50,219 bases of DNA from Phycisphaerae bacterium. GTDB taxonomy: Bacteria; Planctomycetota; Phycisphaerae; UBA1845. Both the position numbers and the translations under genes were made by a program. The DNA lies in assembly GCA_028282665.1 (NCBI GenBank), contig JANQHN010000102.1, positions 1-50,219 of the forward strand. The letters are read 5' to 3'. Under the pieces are notes generated by a model. That model was not told where the DNA came from. It ran no database searches and worked only from the letters and a program-made list of their open reading frames with translations. Below, one piece after another: positions 1 through 9,951 of this stretch (positions are counted from its first letter, which is position 1; each line of letters starts with the position of its first letter).

Positions 1-684
1 CGTTGTCGATGCGGTGCGAGACAGGTCGAAATCCTGATAGTACCCCACCGTCCGCCCCGCAAGTCCGGTCAGATGAATATCCTCGTAAGAGAGCGTAAGT
101 GAAACGTGGTCCAGCGGCGCAGCCAAGGCGTATCCGGTACCAAACTGCACAAGATCCCGCCCCGCGCTTACCTTGACGCCGACCGGAGAAGAATGGCCCG
201 CCGCACTTAACGCGCGATTCAAGTTGAATCGGTAATACCCTCTTTCGAGTCGCGGTCCTTCGATCTTATTGTCATCGCCGTCGTAAGCGTCTTCCGTATT
301 GAAATCGAGCACGCTGAACAAACCGCGTGCGTAAAATTCATGCCCCCCGTTCTCGAAGGACAGCCGCCCCCAAGTCCGAAAGTCGTGCCTTCGCAGGGTG
401 CGTGATTCGTTTCCACCATCGTCATAGCGGAAAAAATAGAACGTGTACCACCCACCGTAATCGTAATCAAACTTGCTCGATAGCCCCAAAAGACTGCCTT
501 GGCGTGCGCGAATTTCTTCCTGAACGATGCGTTGCTGATTGGTGAAAGAGGCGGGCTCTGTGTAAGGACTGACCGCGTAACTGCTGGGCAGTGCCATTGG
601 GAAAAGAGCCATAACAAGACAAAACGTCCAACGGCAACCGAGCGCCGGTATGAAGATTCGCTGATAGCAACGACGTTGGTCCAC
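1..684 (-). CDS. Partial secreted/outer-membrane beta-barrel-like protein (alginate-export-family-like), runs off the left edge; not in the ORF track
   Basis: Manual translation is open from GTG 684 (alternatives ATG 612 or 750) to position 1: ...WTFCLVMALFPMALPSSYAVS...KFDYDYGGWYTFYFFRYDDGGNESRTLRRHDFRTWGRLSFENGGHEFYARGLFSVLDFNTEDAYDGDDNKIEGPRLERGYYRFNLNR...VSAGRDLVQFGTGYALAAPLD. Signal-like N-terminus and alternating aromatic beta-strand pattern. The family assignment is from memory. Confidence 0.65.
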   Translation of the reverse strand, partial: MDQRRCYQRIFIPALGCRWTFCLVMALFPMALPSSYAVSPYTEPASFTNQQRIVQEEIRARQGSLLGLSSKFDYDYGGWYTFYFFRYDDGGNESRTLRRHDFRTWGRLSFENGGHEFYARGLFSVLDFNTEDAYDGDDNKIEGPRLERGYYRFNLNRALSAAGHSSPVGVKVSAGRDLVQFGTGYALAAPLDHVSLTLSYEDIHLTGLAGRTVGYYQDFDLSRTASTT

Positions 685-800
685 GGCGGCGTCCCAAAAG
701 GGCCATGCAAGGTACCCGCTCAAGCACCGGCCTTCCCCAGTGACCGGCATTCTCGTTCCACTGGGTACGATGGTATGCTCACAGGCCTCCGACGCAAGCA

Positions 801-1940
801 CTATCGGCCTATCAACAAGACCTGCCGCGTAGAACGCTTCTTTGAAAGTACGTACTGATAACGCACGTTGTCCACCACCTGAACGGTCCGCTTGACTGAA
901 GTGAGCATTTCTCGCAGACGATCGATTGAGGGAATGCCGTCGCTACGGTAGGAAACGGCAAGAATCGAATTGGAAAAATGGCGAAACAGTTGCCCGAACA
1001 TCTGTTCGCAGGTCCTCGGGTCCGACCAGAGATCGGGTTCCCTTCTTAACCTTCTGTGTTTGGAATGGCAATCAATCATGGCCGGCCAATCGTCATACCG
1101 TACCAGACCTTCCAGAAAATGATAATAATCCCGGTAATCTACAGCCGAACGCGATTGACTGATGTATGGCGGATCGATGTAGACCAACTCGAAACCTGTC
1201 GGATCAATCGCCATGACGTCCGAGCGGATTGACCGGCATCTCCCCCCGGAATCAATGATTGCACGGTTAGCCTGCGCGGTGAAATTGCGGAAATGTTCTT
1301 CGAACGGTTTGTCCCACGTAACTTTGTTTCCGAACGAACGTTTCACATCCGCGGTACGCAAGTACAAGTTCTTTCGATGAAATAGATTGAAAGGCCTCTT
1401 CGCGATACACGCCTGGAACAGTGCAAACCAGGCGATGGCTTGAAAATATCTACCTTTGATAGCTCGAATGTTCGCGACAGCGCGGTCGATCCACTGATTT
1501 TCGCAATCGTGGAAGTAGATACCGGCGAAATTTTTATCGACGACATCATCGTAAAATACACCGCTATGCTCTGTACAAACGAAGTCAATCATCTCCTCAG
1601 AAAACAACTGCCGATCGTTTTCGATCAGCGCGAGACCGATTTGGTGGTTGAACGCAAGCAAATCGTTGTAGGTCACGGCCTTATCAAGACACTTGAAGGC
1701 ATAGGCCATTGCACCCGTGCCGCCGAATGCGTCCAGCGCGGTTTCATATTCAACGTCAGCAAGAAGCTCGATGATCGAACCTGCGAGCTTTCGTTTGCTG
1801 CCTTGGTAGCGCGTGGTCGGAAATCGCCTAAAATCGTGACGTGTAGTCCGAGAGGTTGATTGAACTGGAGATAATTGACCGTCTCTCGCTTGGGATCGCC
1901 CCTCCGCACATTCCCTACCTTTTCGCACACTTACCGGCAT
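801..1940 (-). CDS. N6-adenine DNA methyltransferase (D12/Dam-like, alpha class), orphan
   Basis: RYQGSKRKL (motif X), DAFGGTG (SAM-binding motif I), NDL, and VYIDPPY (catalytic motif IV) in alpha-class order. The start overlaps the pyrG stop; true start uncertain. Confidence 0.88.
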   Translation of the reverse strand: MPVSVRKGRECAEGRSQARDGQLSPVQSTSRTTRHDFRRFPTTRYQGSKRKLAGSIIELLADVEYETALDAFGGTGAMAYAFKCLDKAVTYNDLLAFNHQIGLALIENDRQLFSEEMIDFVCTEHSGVFYDDVVDKNFAGIYFHDCENQWIDRAVANIRAIKGRYFQAIAWFALFQACIAKRPFNLFHRKNLYLRTADVKRSFGNKVTWDKPFEEHFRNFTAQANRAIIDSGGRCRSIRSDVMAIDPTGFELVYIDPPYISQSRSAVDYRDYYHFLEGLVRYDDWPAMIDCHSKHRRLRREPDLWSDPRTCEQMFGQLFRHFSNSILAVSYRSDGIPSIDRLREMLTSVKRTVQVVDNVRYQYVLSKKRSTRQVLLIGR

Positions 1941-3775
1941 GAATCAGCACCGCATCCGGCTTCGCTAATGTGGCTGGAGTCATTGTTTGGAGAGTGGGAC
2001 GATTGACTGTGAGGTATATCCGGCATCGCTGGCCAGGGTTTGATTAGCTCGGCGGGCGCGTTGGCGAAACGCATCGCCGCATTGACCAAACCCATAAAAA
2101 AAGGTTGGGGGCAAAGTGGCCTGCTGGTAAGTTCCGGATGCGCCTGAGTCGCCAGGAAATAAGGGTGCACAGTCTCGGGAAGCTCCAATACTTGCATGAT
2201 CGGATGATCGGGTGCCTTCCCCGAAAAAATCAGCCCCGCGGCCTCAAGTTGTTCAACGTAAACAGGATCAACCTCATAACGATGACGGAAGCGCATTCGA
2301 ATCAATTCCGCGCTATCACAAAGCCGAGACGCCAAAGAGCCCTCCTTAAGCACCACATCGAATCCGCCAAGACGCATGTTCCCACCCAAACCCTCAATCT
2401 TCTTCTGCTCGGGAAGAATGTCGACCACAGGATGTGAGCTATCCGGATCGATCTCAGTGCTGCTCGCGTGCTCCAGACCACATAGATGACGCGCGTACTC
2501 AATCACCGCGATCTGCATCCCATAACAAATACCCAAATATGGTATCTTGTTCTCACGGACATATTTCACACAGGCGATCTTGCCATCCACGCCACGCAAA
2601 CCGAAACCACCTGGCACGATCACCCCGTGAATTCCCTCTAGCTTGGCCTTCTTGGTCGCCTCGCTGAGATCCGAGCTGTCTACCCACTTGAGTTGCACTT
2701 TCGCCCCTAGATGCGTACCAGCGTGTTCCAGGGCGTGAATGATGCTTGCGTAGCTATCCCGAACCGTCGTGTACTTGCCGATGATCCCAATCGTGATCGG
2801 AAACTTCGCATTGCGAAAACGCTTGATGTACTCGTTCCACGTGGCCCGCTCCCGCTCTTCAGAACGGCTATCCACGCGATCGACAACCCCCAGCAAGTCC
2901 ATGACAGCCGTATCAATGCCCGCACCGCGCAGCATCTCCGGAATAACGTACGTACTATCGCAATCGTGCATTGAAAAGACGCGATCCATAGGAACGTTAG
3001 CGAATAGCGCTACTTTTTCCCGAACCTTCTTGTTCACTGGCTGAGATGCACGACAAGCAATGATATGAGGATGAATACCCGCCGCGTTGAGCAGCCTGAG
3101 GTTTAGTTGAGCGGGTTTGGACTTCTGCTCTCCGAGAGTTGGCGGTTCCACAATGTAGGTCAACGCAACAAAACAGAAATTGCCCGCCCCTTCTTCATGG
3201 GCCATCTCACGGACCGCCTCGATAAGATAAGCGTTTTCAACATCCCCTGCGGTCCCACCCATCTCAACGAAAATGACATCGGCCTCGGAAGTCACCGCGA
3301 GATTTCGTAAACGCAGTTTCACTTCGCCGGTTACGTGCGGGATCATCTGTACGTCACGACCGAGATAAGCGCCTTTCCGTTCTCGCTCGAGTACTGCCGA
3401 GAGAATCCGGCCGCTGGTAACAAAATTCTGCCGCGTCAGGTCCGTATTGAGCATGCGCTCGTACGTACCCAGGTCCATGTCACACTCCATCCCGTCATCC
3501 AGGACAAACACCTCGCCGTGGCGATAAGGATTAAGCGTGCCGCTGTCGTGATTGAGGTAACCTTCGAGTTTGATAGGTGAAACCGTGAACCCCTTATCCT
3601 GCAATACCTTTGCAAGCGAACTGGAGAAAATCCCCTTGCCCAATCCACTCATCACCGTGCCGAAAACAATGACGTACTTGGTCTTGCCCGGCTTGTAACC
3701 CGACGGCATGGGCGTAAAAAATTCCGTCTCGTCGGAAATCTGACTTAAGGAAGCGAGAAGCTTTTCAGAACTCAT
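1931..3775 (-). CDS. pyrG: CTP synthase
   Basis: GTVMSGLGKG, YLNHDSGTLNPYRHGEVFVLDDGMECDMDLGTYERM, GEQKSKP, and glutaminase motifs VPGGFG, LGICYGMQ, RFRHRYEV, QAHPE. Confidence 0.97.
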   Translation of the reverse strand: MSSEKLLASLSQISDETEFFTPMPSGYKPGKTKYVIVFGTVMSGLGKGIFSSSLAKVLQDKGFTVSPIKLEGYLNHDSGTLNPYRHGEVFVLDDGMECDMDLGTYERMLNTDLTRQNFVTSGRILSAVLERERKGAYLGRDVQMIPHVTGEVKLRLRNLAVTSEADVIFVEMGGTAGDVENAYLIEAVREMAHEEGAGNFCFVALTYIVEPPTLGEQKSKPAQLNLRLLNAAGIHPHIIACRASQPVNKKVREKVALFANVPMDRVFSMHDCDSTYVIPEMLRGAGIDTAVMDLLGVVDRVDSRSEERERATWNEYIKRFRNAKFPITIGIIGKYTTVRDSYASIIHALEHAGTHLGAKVQLKWVDSSDLSEATKKAKLEGIHGVIVPGGFGLRGVDGKIACVKYVRENKIPYLGICYGMQIAVIEYARHLCGLEHASSTEIDPDSSHPVVDILPEQKKIEGLGGNMRLGGFDVVLKEGSLASRLCDSAELIRMRFRHRYEVDPVYVEQLEAAGLIFSGKAPDHPIMQVLELPETVHPYFLATQAHPELTSRPLCPQPFFMGLVNAAMRFANAPAELIKPWPAMPDIPHSQSSHSPNNDSSHISEAGCGADSCR

Positions 3776-3860
3776 AATCGTTGTCTATCGCTCGTTTCAG
3801 GTTCCTGCTCGATTCAGTCTTCCGCTTTCTTGAATGCTTCCCTCGTGAAACGCCGGTAAC

Positions 3861-4649
3861 TTACGCACTCACTTTGGCAACGTAACGAGTCACGAACGCT
3901 TCATAGTCCTCCGGTGTGTCGATCCCCTTGCAGCGATGTTCGACAACCACTACCGCGATCGGCAAGCCATGCTCCAACCAGCGGAGTTGCTCCAAAGACT
4001 CCGCCTCCTCAAGCACACTTTTCGCCCCTCCGCTGCGAAACACCATATGCTCGAAAACTTCCAAACGAAAGGCATACACACCCAAGTGCAAAAGCCATTG
4101 CGACGGCCGCAACACTTCCCCCTCTGAAGACCTGGGGTAAGGCAACAGCGATCTCGAAAAAAACAACGCCCGGCCCGATGAATCCAACACCACTTTCACC
4201 GCATTGGGATCGGCTGGTGATCCGGGACCGGACTTCGGACCGTCTTCGTCAAACCGTACCGCGAGCGTCCCAATGGACGTTTTCTCGTTACTAGCTAACA
4301 TCCGATCGACCAACCGATCCAGGTCGCCAGGATCGATCTCCGGTTCATCACCCTGAACGTTCAGCACAATGTCCGAAGCAGCAAGATCGAGTCCCGCAAC
4401 GACCTCGCCAATCCGATCCGTACCGCTACGATGATCTTCACGCGTCATGCACGCCTCTCCACCAAAGGACTGCACCGCGTCGAAGATACGTTGATCGTCA
4501 GTTGCCACGATGATCCGATCAACACGCGCGGACGCTCTCGCCCGATCGTACACATGCTCGATCAAATACTTTCCTGTCTTATTGGCGAGGGGTTTCCCGT
4601 TGAATCGTGTGGAGGCGTAGCGGGCCGGTATGACCGCCACAGTGGTCAC
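3861..4649 (-). CDS. kdsB: 3-deoxy-manno-octulosonate cytidylyltransferase (CMP-Kdo synthetase)
   Basis: VIPARYASTRFNGKPL, VATDDQRI, HRSGTDRI, NVQGDEP, ALFFSRS, HLGVYAFR, ESLEQLRWLE, GIDTPEDYE; AAGGAGG RBS before GTG. Confidence 0.97.
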   Translation of the reverse strand: MTTVAVIPARYASTRFNGKPLANKTGKYLIEHVYDRARASARVDRIIVATDDQRIFDAVQSFGGEACMTREDHRSGTDRIGEVVAGLDLAASDIVLNVQGDEPEIDPGDLDRLVDRMLASNEKTSIGTLAVRFDEDGPKSGPGSPADPNAVKVVLDSSGRALFFSRSLLPYPRSSEGEVLRPSQWLLHLGVYAFRLEVFEHMVFRSGGAKSVLEEAESLEQLRWLEHGLPIAVVVVEHRCKGIDTPEDYEAFVTRYVAKVSA

Positions 4650-4911
4650 CGTCCCACCTCCTTCATCGGATTGTAAAAAATCTTGTGCTGCACGGGCCGA
4701 TGTTACAGACGACCCTCGCGTCTGTCAAACGAATAACAGCCAATCTGCCTCGTCTTGCACGGTTTCACTTCACTAACGGATGCTCGCTTTTGTATTTGCA
4801 TCCAATCTGGCAACGCCTACCATAAAGCCTTGGACGGAGAGTTTCTGTTAATCACGTATCACGTCCGAACGACCTGGCCAACGCACTGACGAAAAAACAG
4901 CGGAGTAAATC

Positions 4912-6255
4912 ATGAGTTCCAAATGGTTGCTCACTTGGTTGATCATGGGCGGACTGGTACTCGGACTCATCGTGGGGCAGTTGCTTCACGACCCGGACTT
5001 CACCATCACCCAGCCCGATCGGGAACACGCGCATAACCAGGTCATCTCCGCCTTCTATTTCGTCGGTGATACAATCTTCCTCGGTTTGCTTAAGATGTTG
5101 GTCATCCCGCTGATCGCTACTAGTGTCATCGTGGGAGTAACGAGCATCGGTGACTTCCGCGAATTGGGCAAAATCGGCTCAGTTACGCTGGTCTATTACG
5201 TAGTGACCATGCTCATTGCAGCAGGAATCGGCCTGGTGCTGGTCACCACGATGGAACCCGGAAAGCAGATTTCCTCTGAGGAAGTCGCAAAGGGACAGGA
5301 AACGTATGAACGCAGTACGGGCATTCAAACCAACATCAAGCATCGCCCGGAAGGCGTGCTGGGCGCCTTGCACAGCCTTGTTAAACAGATCATTCCACGA
5401 AACATCGTGAAAGCGGCAGCTCAAGGGCAGGCACTACCGATTATTTTCTTTTCCATCATCCTGGGAATCGCAATCACCACGATGGGAGAGCGAGGGAAAA
5501 TCCTTTCGCAGGGGTTTTCCGCCCTCTTTGAAGCGATCATGATTCTGGTTCATGTGGTCATTTGGCTCACGCCGATCGGCGTATTTGCTCTGCTTGCGTG
5601 GACTGTCGCGCGAATCGGCCTGGGAGTGTTCACTTCGGCGATAGGTACCTACATGGCTGCAGTCCTGATCGGGCTCGCAATCCACGCCTTCATTGTCCTA
5701 CCGCTCTTTTGTGTCGTGTTCGCTCGAACGAATCCTTTCACGTACATGCATCAGATGCGCCAGGCATTGATGACGGCCTTTGGAACGGACTCGTCCTCAG
5801 CAACGCTGCCGGTGACGATAGAATGCGCCACGGAAAACGCGGAAGTCAGTAAGAAAGCGGCGGGGTTCGTGTTGCCCCTCGGCTCAACGATCAACATGGA
5901 CGGTACTGCCCTTTATGAGGCCGTCGCAGTGGTATTTCTGGCCCAAGCTTATGGCCTGGAATTGCCGACTAGCACACTGGTCCTAGTCGCGATCACCGCC
6001 ACTATGGCCGCTATCGGCGCAGCCGGCATCCCAAGCGCGGGTTTGGTCACTATGGTCATCGTCGTCGACACGGTCAATAGCACTTTAAGCGGTATGGGAG
6101 AAACAAATCTCTTACCAATCGCGGCAGTCGGGCTTGTCGTGGGGGTGGACCGAATCCTCGACATGGTACGCACAACCGTAAATGTTTGGGGCGATGCAGT
6201 TGGGGCAAAAATTGTCGATCGTCTCGACAAAAAACAAACCGCCACAATCAAATAG
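4912..6255 (+). CDS. Dicarboxylate/amino acid:cation symporter (DAACS, GltP/GltT family)
   Basis: FLGLLKMLVIPLI, AFGTDSSSATLP, PLGSTINMDGTALYE, AAIGAAGIPSAG, VDRILDMVRTTVNVWGD. Confidence 0.95.
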   Translation: MSSKWLLTWLIMGGLVLGLIVGQLLHDPDFTITQPDREHAHNQVISAFYFVGDTIFLGLLKMLVIPLIATSVIVGVTSIGDFRELGKIGSVTLVYYVVTMLIAAGIGLVLVTTMEPGKQISSEEVAKGQETYERSTGIQTNIKHRPEGVLGALHSLVKQIIPRNIVKAAAQGQALPIIFFSIILGIAITTMGERGKILSQGFSALFEAIMILVHVVIWLTPIGVFALLAWTVARIGLGVFTSAIGTYMAAVLIGLAIHAFIVLPLFCVVFARTNPFTYMHQMRQALMTAFGTDSSSATLPVTIECATENAEVSKKAAGFVLPLGSTINMDGTALYEAVAVVFLAQAYGLELPTSTLVLVAITATMAAIGAAGIPSAGLVTMVIVVDTVNSTLSGMGETNLLPIAAVGLVVGVDRILDMVRTTVNVWGDAVGAKIVDRLDKKQTATIK

Positions 6256-6702
6256 GCAAGCCATGTACGGCTGTTGTCGTCCTGGATCAGGCTCGAAATC
6301 AACTCCAGATGAACAAGTGCTTTCCAACAGCTTCACACTTCAGCTGCGATAGCTTGCAAGCCGCCATCTCAATACGAAGCTCCGATTTAGTGGGTAATTT
6401 GAATAGCCTGACATAGGCAAATCAGGCCTGATTCACGCCGATTTTCAGTGTGACATAATAGCAGGATGCGGCTTAGCGCAGACCAATACAGACGAGCACG
6501 TACGAACACGCGGCAAAGTAAGAACATAGCGCTCTGATTTCGAACGAATTGGCGAGTTACTTACGAACTGAGGTAGACTACCCATACCGCGAATCTTAAA
6601 ATGCAGTAAAGTCAATTTGTTTTAAACTGAGTCACTGTAAACCTCTATCCCACTGAGCGGTCCTCATTGCGCACCATAGCGGCCAATTGAGGGCCCTCGA
6701 TC

Positions 6703-6942
6703 GTGTATCGGATGATGACATTAGTCAGAATCGAATTCAACAACGGCCTTCCCCCGCGTGAATTGTACCTCGACAAGGAGCAGTTAATTAGGCTCGATCA
6801 AACTCGACGCACAACCGAAAAGCTTAACGGTGGAGCGCCGGATACGGTATTCGATCTTCCTTACCATCCTTCCACCGACAGCAATACGGAATGGCACCTC
6901 CTTTTCTCCCTCGAAACCGTCGCCGCGGTCACACCGATTTAA
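6703..6942 (+). CDS. Possible small hypothetical protein
   Basis: Only plausible-looking ORF (79 aa, globular composition) in a ~920 bp gap; no recognisable motif. Confidence 0.35.
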   Translation: MYRMMTLVRIEFNNGLPPRELYLDKEQLIRLDQTRRTTEKLNGGAPDTVFDLPYHPSTDSNTEWHLLFSLETVAAVTPI

Positions 6943-7196
6943 AGCCAAGACGGTCATTCAAGTCGATTCACATTTCGTACTCGATTTCTTTCGACAGTTA
7001 GGGCACCACACCCACGCACAACGTCTAACAGGGTGTGTTGAACAGCAGGCAATCCGCTTTTAGGCACTACACGCCGGATGAAACCGCTATAGTCAGATGC
7101 GTGCAAGTACCGTAACATCCATCAAGATCAATACCCGAAGCGTCCGGGTAAGTAGTCTGATGCAACGGTGGCCCCACTGTGATGGAGATGAAACAC

Positions 7197-7703
7197 ATGG
7201 CTAACTCGCGCGTTGCCGTGGTCTTTGGAAGTGATTCCGATTGGCCCGTTATGCAAAAATGCGTACAGCAACTCGAACAATTCGACATTTCAGTGCACGT
7301 CGAAGTGATGAGTGCTCACAGAACACCTGCCCGGGTCATGGAATACGCCGATACCGCCGCCAAAGAAGGCATTGAGGTCATTATTGCGGGAGCCGGCATG
7401 GCAGCGGCATTGCCGGGTGTGGTTGCCGCACACACCACGCTGCCAGTTATTGGTGTTCCTTTAGTCAGTGGAAGTTTGGGTGGCGTAGATGCTCTTTTAT
7501 CCATTGCTCAGATGCCGCCTGGCGTGCCGGTTGCCTGCGTTGGCGTCGATTCGGCAGGCGCCAAAAATGCCGCCTTGCTCGCGATCCAGTTTCTTGCGGT
7601 TAAAGATGAGAAACTGGCGAAAGCGTACGCGCATTTTCGTGCGAATCAGGCGGATGGCGTGCGAAAAAAGAACGAGAAACTGCAGCATCAGCTTGGTACG
7701 TAA
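7197..7703 (+). CDS. purE: N5-carboxyaminoimidazole ribonucleotide mutase
   Basis: VVFGSDSDWPVM, VMSAHRTP, IIAGAGMAAALPGVVAAHTTLPVIGVP, DALLSIAQMPPGVPVA; GGAG RBS before ATG 7197. Confidence 0.97.
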   Translation: MANSRVAVVFGSDSDWPVMQKCVQQLEQFDISVHVEVMSAHRTPARVMEYADTAAKEGIEVIIAGAGMAAALPGVVAAHTTLPVIGVPLVSGSLGGVDALLSIAQMPPGVPVACVGVDSAGAKNAALLAIQFLAVKDEKLAKAYAHFRANQADGVRKKNEKLQHQLGT

Positions 7704-7730
7704 CTTAGGCAAACTCGAGCGACTTTCACA

Positions 7731-8816
7731 ATGCAAGAGCCTACTCCAAAAAGCGTTGACTGGTACGGCGGGGTCGACGGGTACCTTGCGATGCTCGATC
7801 AAACCAAACTTCCCAACGAGCATATCGTCATCGAATGCCAGGATGTGGAAACGGTTTATGAAGGTATCAAAATGCTGCGCGTGCGCGGTGCTCCCGCCAT
7901 CGGAATCGCCGCAGCCATGGGACTGGTTCTAGGCGCCAGAGATTACGCCCGAGACACAACTGAACTCCTTGCACGGGTAGCTCACGTCGCGGATTACCTC
8001 GCAAGCTCACGCCCAACGGCGGTCAATCTGTTTTGGGCTCTCGATCGCATGCGTCAAAAGTCCAATGCCGTCTCAGATCACTCCCCAAAAAAAATTCTCG
8101 AAGCTCTGCTTGATGAGGCAAGGCGCATCCAAAGCGAGGATGCCGCAATGTGTCGAGGCATTGGCAAAACAGGCAGTTCGCTTATTAAACCGGGCATGGG
8201 CGTGATGACGATCTGTAACGCGGGAGGTCTCGCTACGGCAGAGTACGGTACCGCTACAGCGCCTATGTACACTGCTCACGAGCTTGGACGAAAATTCAAG
8301 GTGTATGCGTGCGAAACCAGGCCTTTGTTGCAAGGAGCGCGGCTTACCTCTTTTGAACTATCCCAAGCGGGAATCGATGCCACGGTCATTTGCGACAGTA
8401 TGGCTGGTACAATGATGAAACAGGGCAAAATAGGCATAGTAATCACGGGAGCGGATCGCATCGCTGCCAACGGCGATGTCGCCAACAAGATCGGAACATA
8501 CAGTCTGGCTGTCCTCGCCAAAGCGCACAACATCCCTTTTTACGTCGCAGCCCCGAGCAGCACATTCGACCCCGCTACTCCATACGGCGATGCGATCCCG
8601 ATCGAAGAGCGTGATCCCGACGAAATTCGCAGCGGATTTGGACAACAAACGGTTCCTGCGGGGGTTTCCTGCTACAACCCCGCTTTCGACGTAACTGAGG
8701 CGGATTTGATTGCAGGCCTCATTACTGAGAAGGGTCTCATTACGCCCGTTAACCGGCCCAGTATTGACAATACTTTACAACTATCGGCGGGTTGCCTAGA
8801 CACCTGCGATGGATGA
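7731..8816 (+). CDS. mtnA: S-methyl-5-thioribose-1-phosphate isomerase
   Basis: LDQTKLP, VRGAPAIGIAAA, SRPTAVNLFWAL, TICNAGGLAT, ETRPLLQGARLT, GADRIAANGDVANKIGTY, NPAFDVT. Confidence 0.96.
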   Translation: MQEPTPKSVDWYGGVDGYLAMLDQTKLPNEHIVIECQDVETVYEGIKMLRVRGAPAIGIAAAMGLVLGARDYARDTTELLARVAHVADYLASSRPTAVNLFWALDRMRQKSNAVSDHSPKKILEALLDEARRIQSEDAAMCRGIGKTGSSLIKPGMGVMTICNAGGLATAEYGTATAPMYTAHELGRKFKVYACETRPLLQGARLTSFELSQAGIDATVICDSMAGTMMKQGKIGIVITGADRIAANGDVANKIGTYSLAVLAKAHNIPFYVAAPSSTFDPATPYGDAIPIEERDPDEIRSGFGQQTVPAGVSCYNPAFDVTEADLIAGLITEKGLITPVNRPSIDNTLQLSAGCLDTCDG

Positions 8817-9049
8817 GAATCAGGTTGAGTAAGCGGGGATTGTACAGCCCCGCCGGAATCGAGTCAGCCCGAGCCCATGTGCTCTGGGTTGGGGCTTGCT
8901 ACCGCCGACTTGCCCCCCTATACTGCGTGTGCTTGAGGCATCGTAAGCTAAGTACGGCCCGGTGCCGATGATATACCCAGACCCGCCGTCGCTCGACCGT
9001 GGCGCGGTTGATCGACCAACGAGTTTCACCCCGCGTAGGAGTAATTAGA

Positions 9050-9307
9050 ATGCCTCGAAAATCTCGTCGAATGACAGCCGGCGCGATGATACTGGCCAGC
9101 GGCGCATTCCTGATGCAAAGCCCCAATTTTGGTTGCGAGTCCTTCATTGGCGAAACTGCGATGAGCGCCCTGGACTTCTGCTTCATCTTCGATTGCAACA
9201 GCGGTATCTTGGGCGGCACGGTTCAGCCTTGTCCCGAAGACGTGTCGAACGATGGAACGGCAACCGATAATTTCCTTTTCGTCGATTGTCCAGTGAACGA
9301 CGAGTAG
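9050..9307 (+). CDS. Small acidic Cys-rich putative lipopeptide 1 (85 aa)
   Basis: AGGAG RBS before ATG 9050. MPRKSRRMTAGAMILASGAFLMQSPNFG|C followed by four more Cys; the mature part has no Lys or Arg. Confidence 0.7.
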   Translation: MPRKSRRMTAGAMILASGAFLMQSPNFGCESFIGETAMSALDFCFIFDCNSGILGGTVQPCPEDVSNDGTATDNFLFVDCPVNDE

Positions 9308-9379
9308 ATGAGCGAAGGTCAAAGCGTACTTCGCTCCACCGAACGAGACGCCAGGAAACTTTGTTTCAGGAGATGGTTT

Positions 9380-9673
9380 ATGCGTTCCTCGAATACTGCT
9401 TCCCGCCGCAAGCACTACCTCGCCGCTGCGGTCATGATGACCGGTTGTTTGTTCTTCTCACTCGGCGGTGCATGTGAAATGGCCACGAACTATTTCGATC
9501 CCTGCGGAACGATTTTCGCCAATTGCGATCCCGGCTCATTTCAACTGCAGTTTGCCGACGTCCCCGACTGGAGCGTCGATCCGACATGCACGATCCCGGG
9601 CGGTTGCACTGACGGCGGCGAACCCTGGGAAGATCCCTACGATCAACTGGGTCCGGGCTTCGACGGCCCGTAA
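9380..9673 (+). CDS. Small acidic Cys-rich putative lipopeptide 2 (97 aa)
   Basis: AGGAG RBS before ATG 9380. MRSSNTASRRKHYLAAAVMMTGCLFFSLGGA|C followed by four more Cys; no Lys or Arg in the mature part; a terminator follows. Confidence 0.72.
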   Translation: MRSSNTASRRKHYLAAAVMMTGCLFFSLGGACEMATNYFDPCGTIFANCDPGSFQLQFADVPDWSVDPTCTIPGGCTDGGEPWEDPYDQLGPGFDGP

Positions 9674-9703
9674 TGCCGTTACCAGTATAGTCAACGATTT
9701 TCC

Positions 9704-9738
9704 AACCCGGATCGCTTAGAGTGCGATCCGGGTTTTTT
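9704..9738 (+). terminator. Rho-independent terminator after the lipopeptide pair
   Basis: AACCCGGATCGC-ttagagt-GCGATCCGGGTT, a perfect 12 bp stem running into a T tract. Confidence 0.85.
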
Positions 9739-9951
9739 GGTGCCCGCCAGCGGTCTATCAGTTAAGGTCGAACGCACTTTGGACGAACGGCGCTATCCGG
9801 TATACGCGGCAGGTTTAGACTCGGTGTTCTCAGCCGAAGGAGAAATCACAGCAGCGCCAGCCGCAAATCCGCTATAAATCGCGACGGTAAATGCCGACTT
9901 AATGGGAGAAGAATCGCGTCTTCAAGATCGCGACAACCTTTAGGTAAGGAC

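Noticed and set aside
1-1940. Type II restriction-modification system
   Set aside because: The gene downstream of the methylase has a signal peptide and beta-barrel character; no nuclease motif was seen.
6943-7196. ZTP or purine riboswitch upstream of purE
   Set aside because: I could not find the conserved aptamer sequences; only a small hairpin is present.
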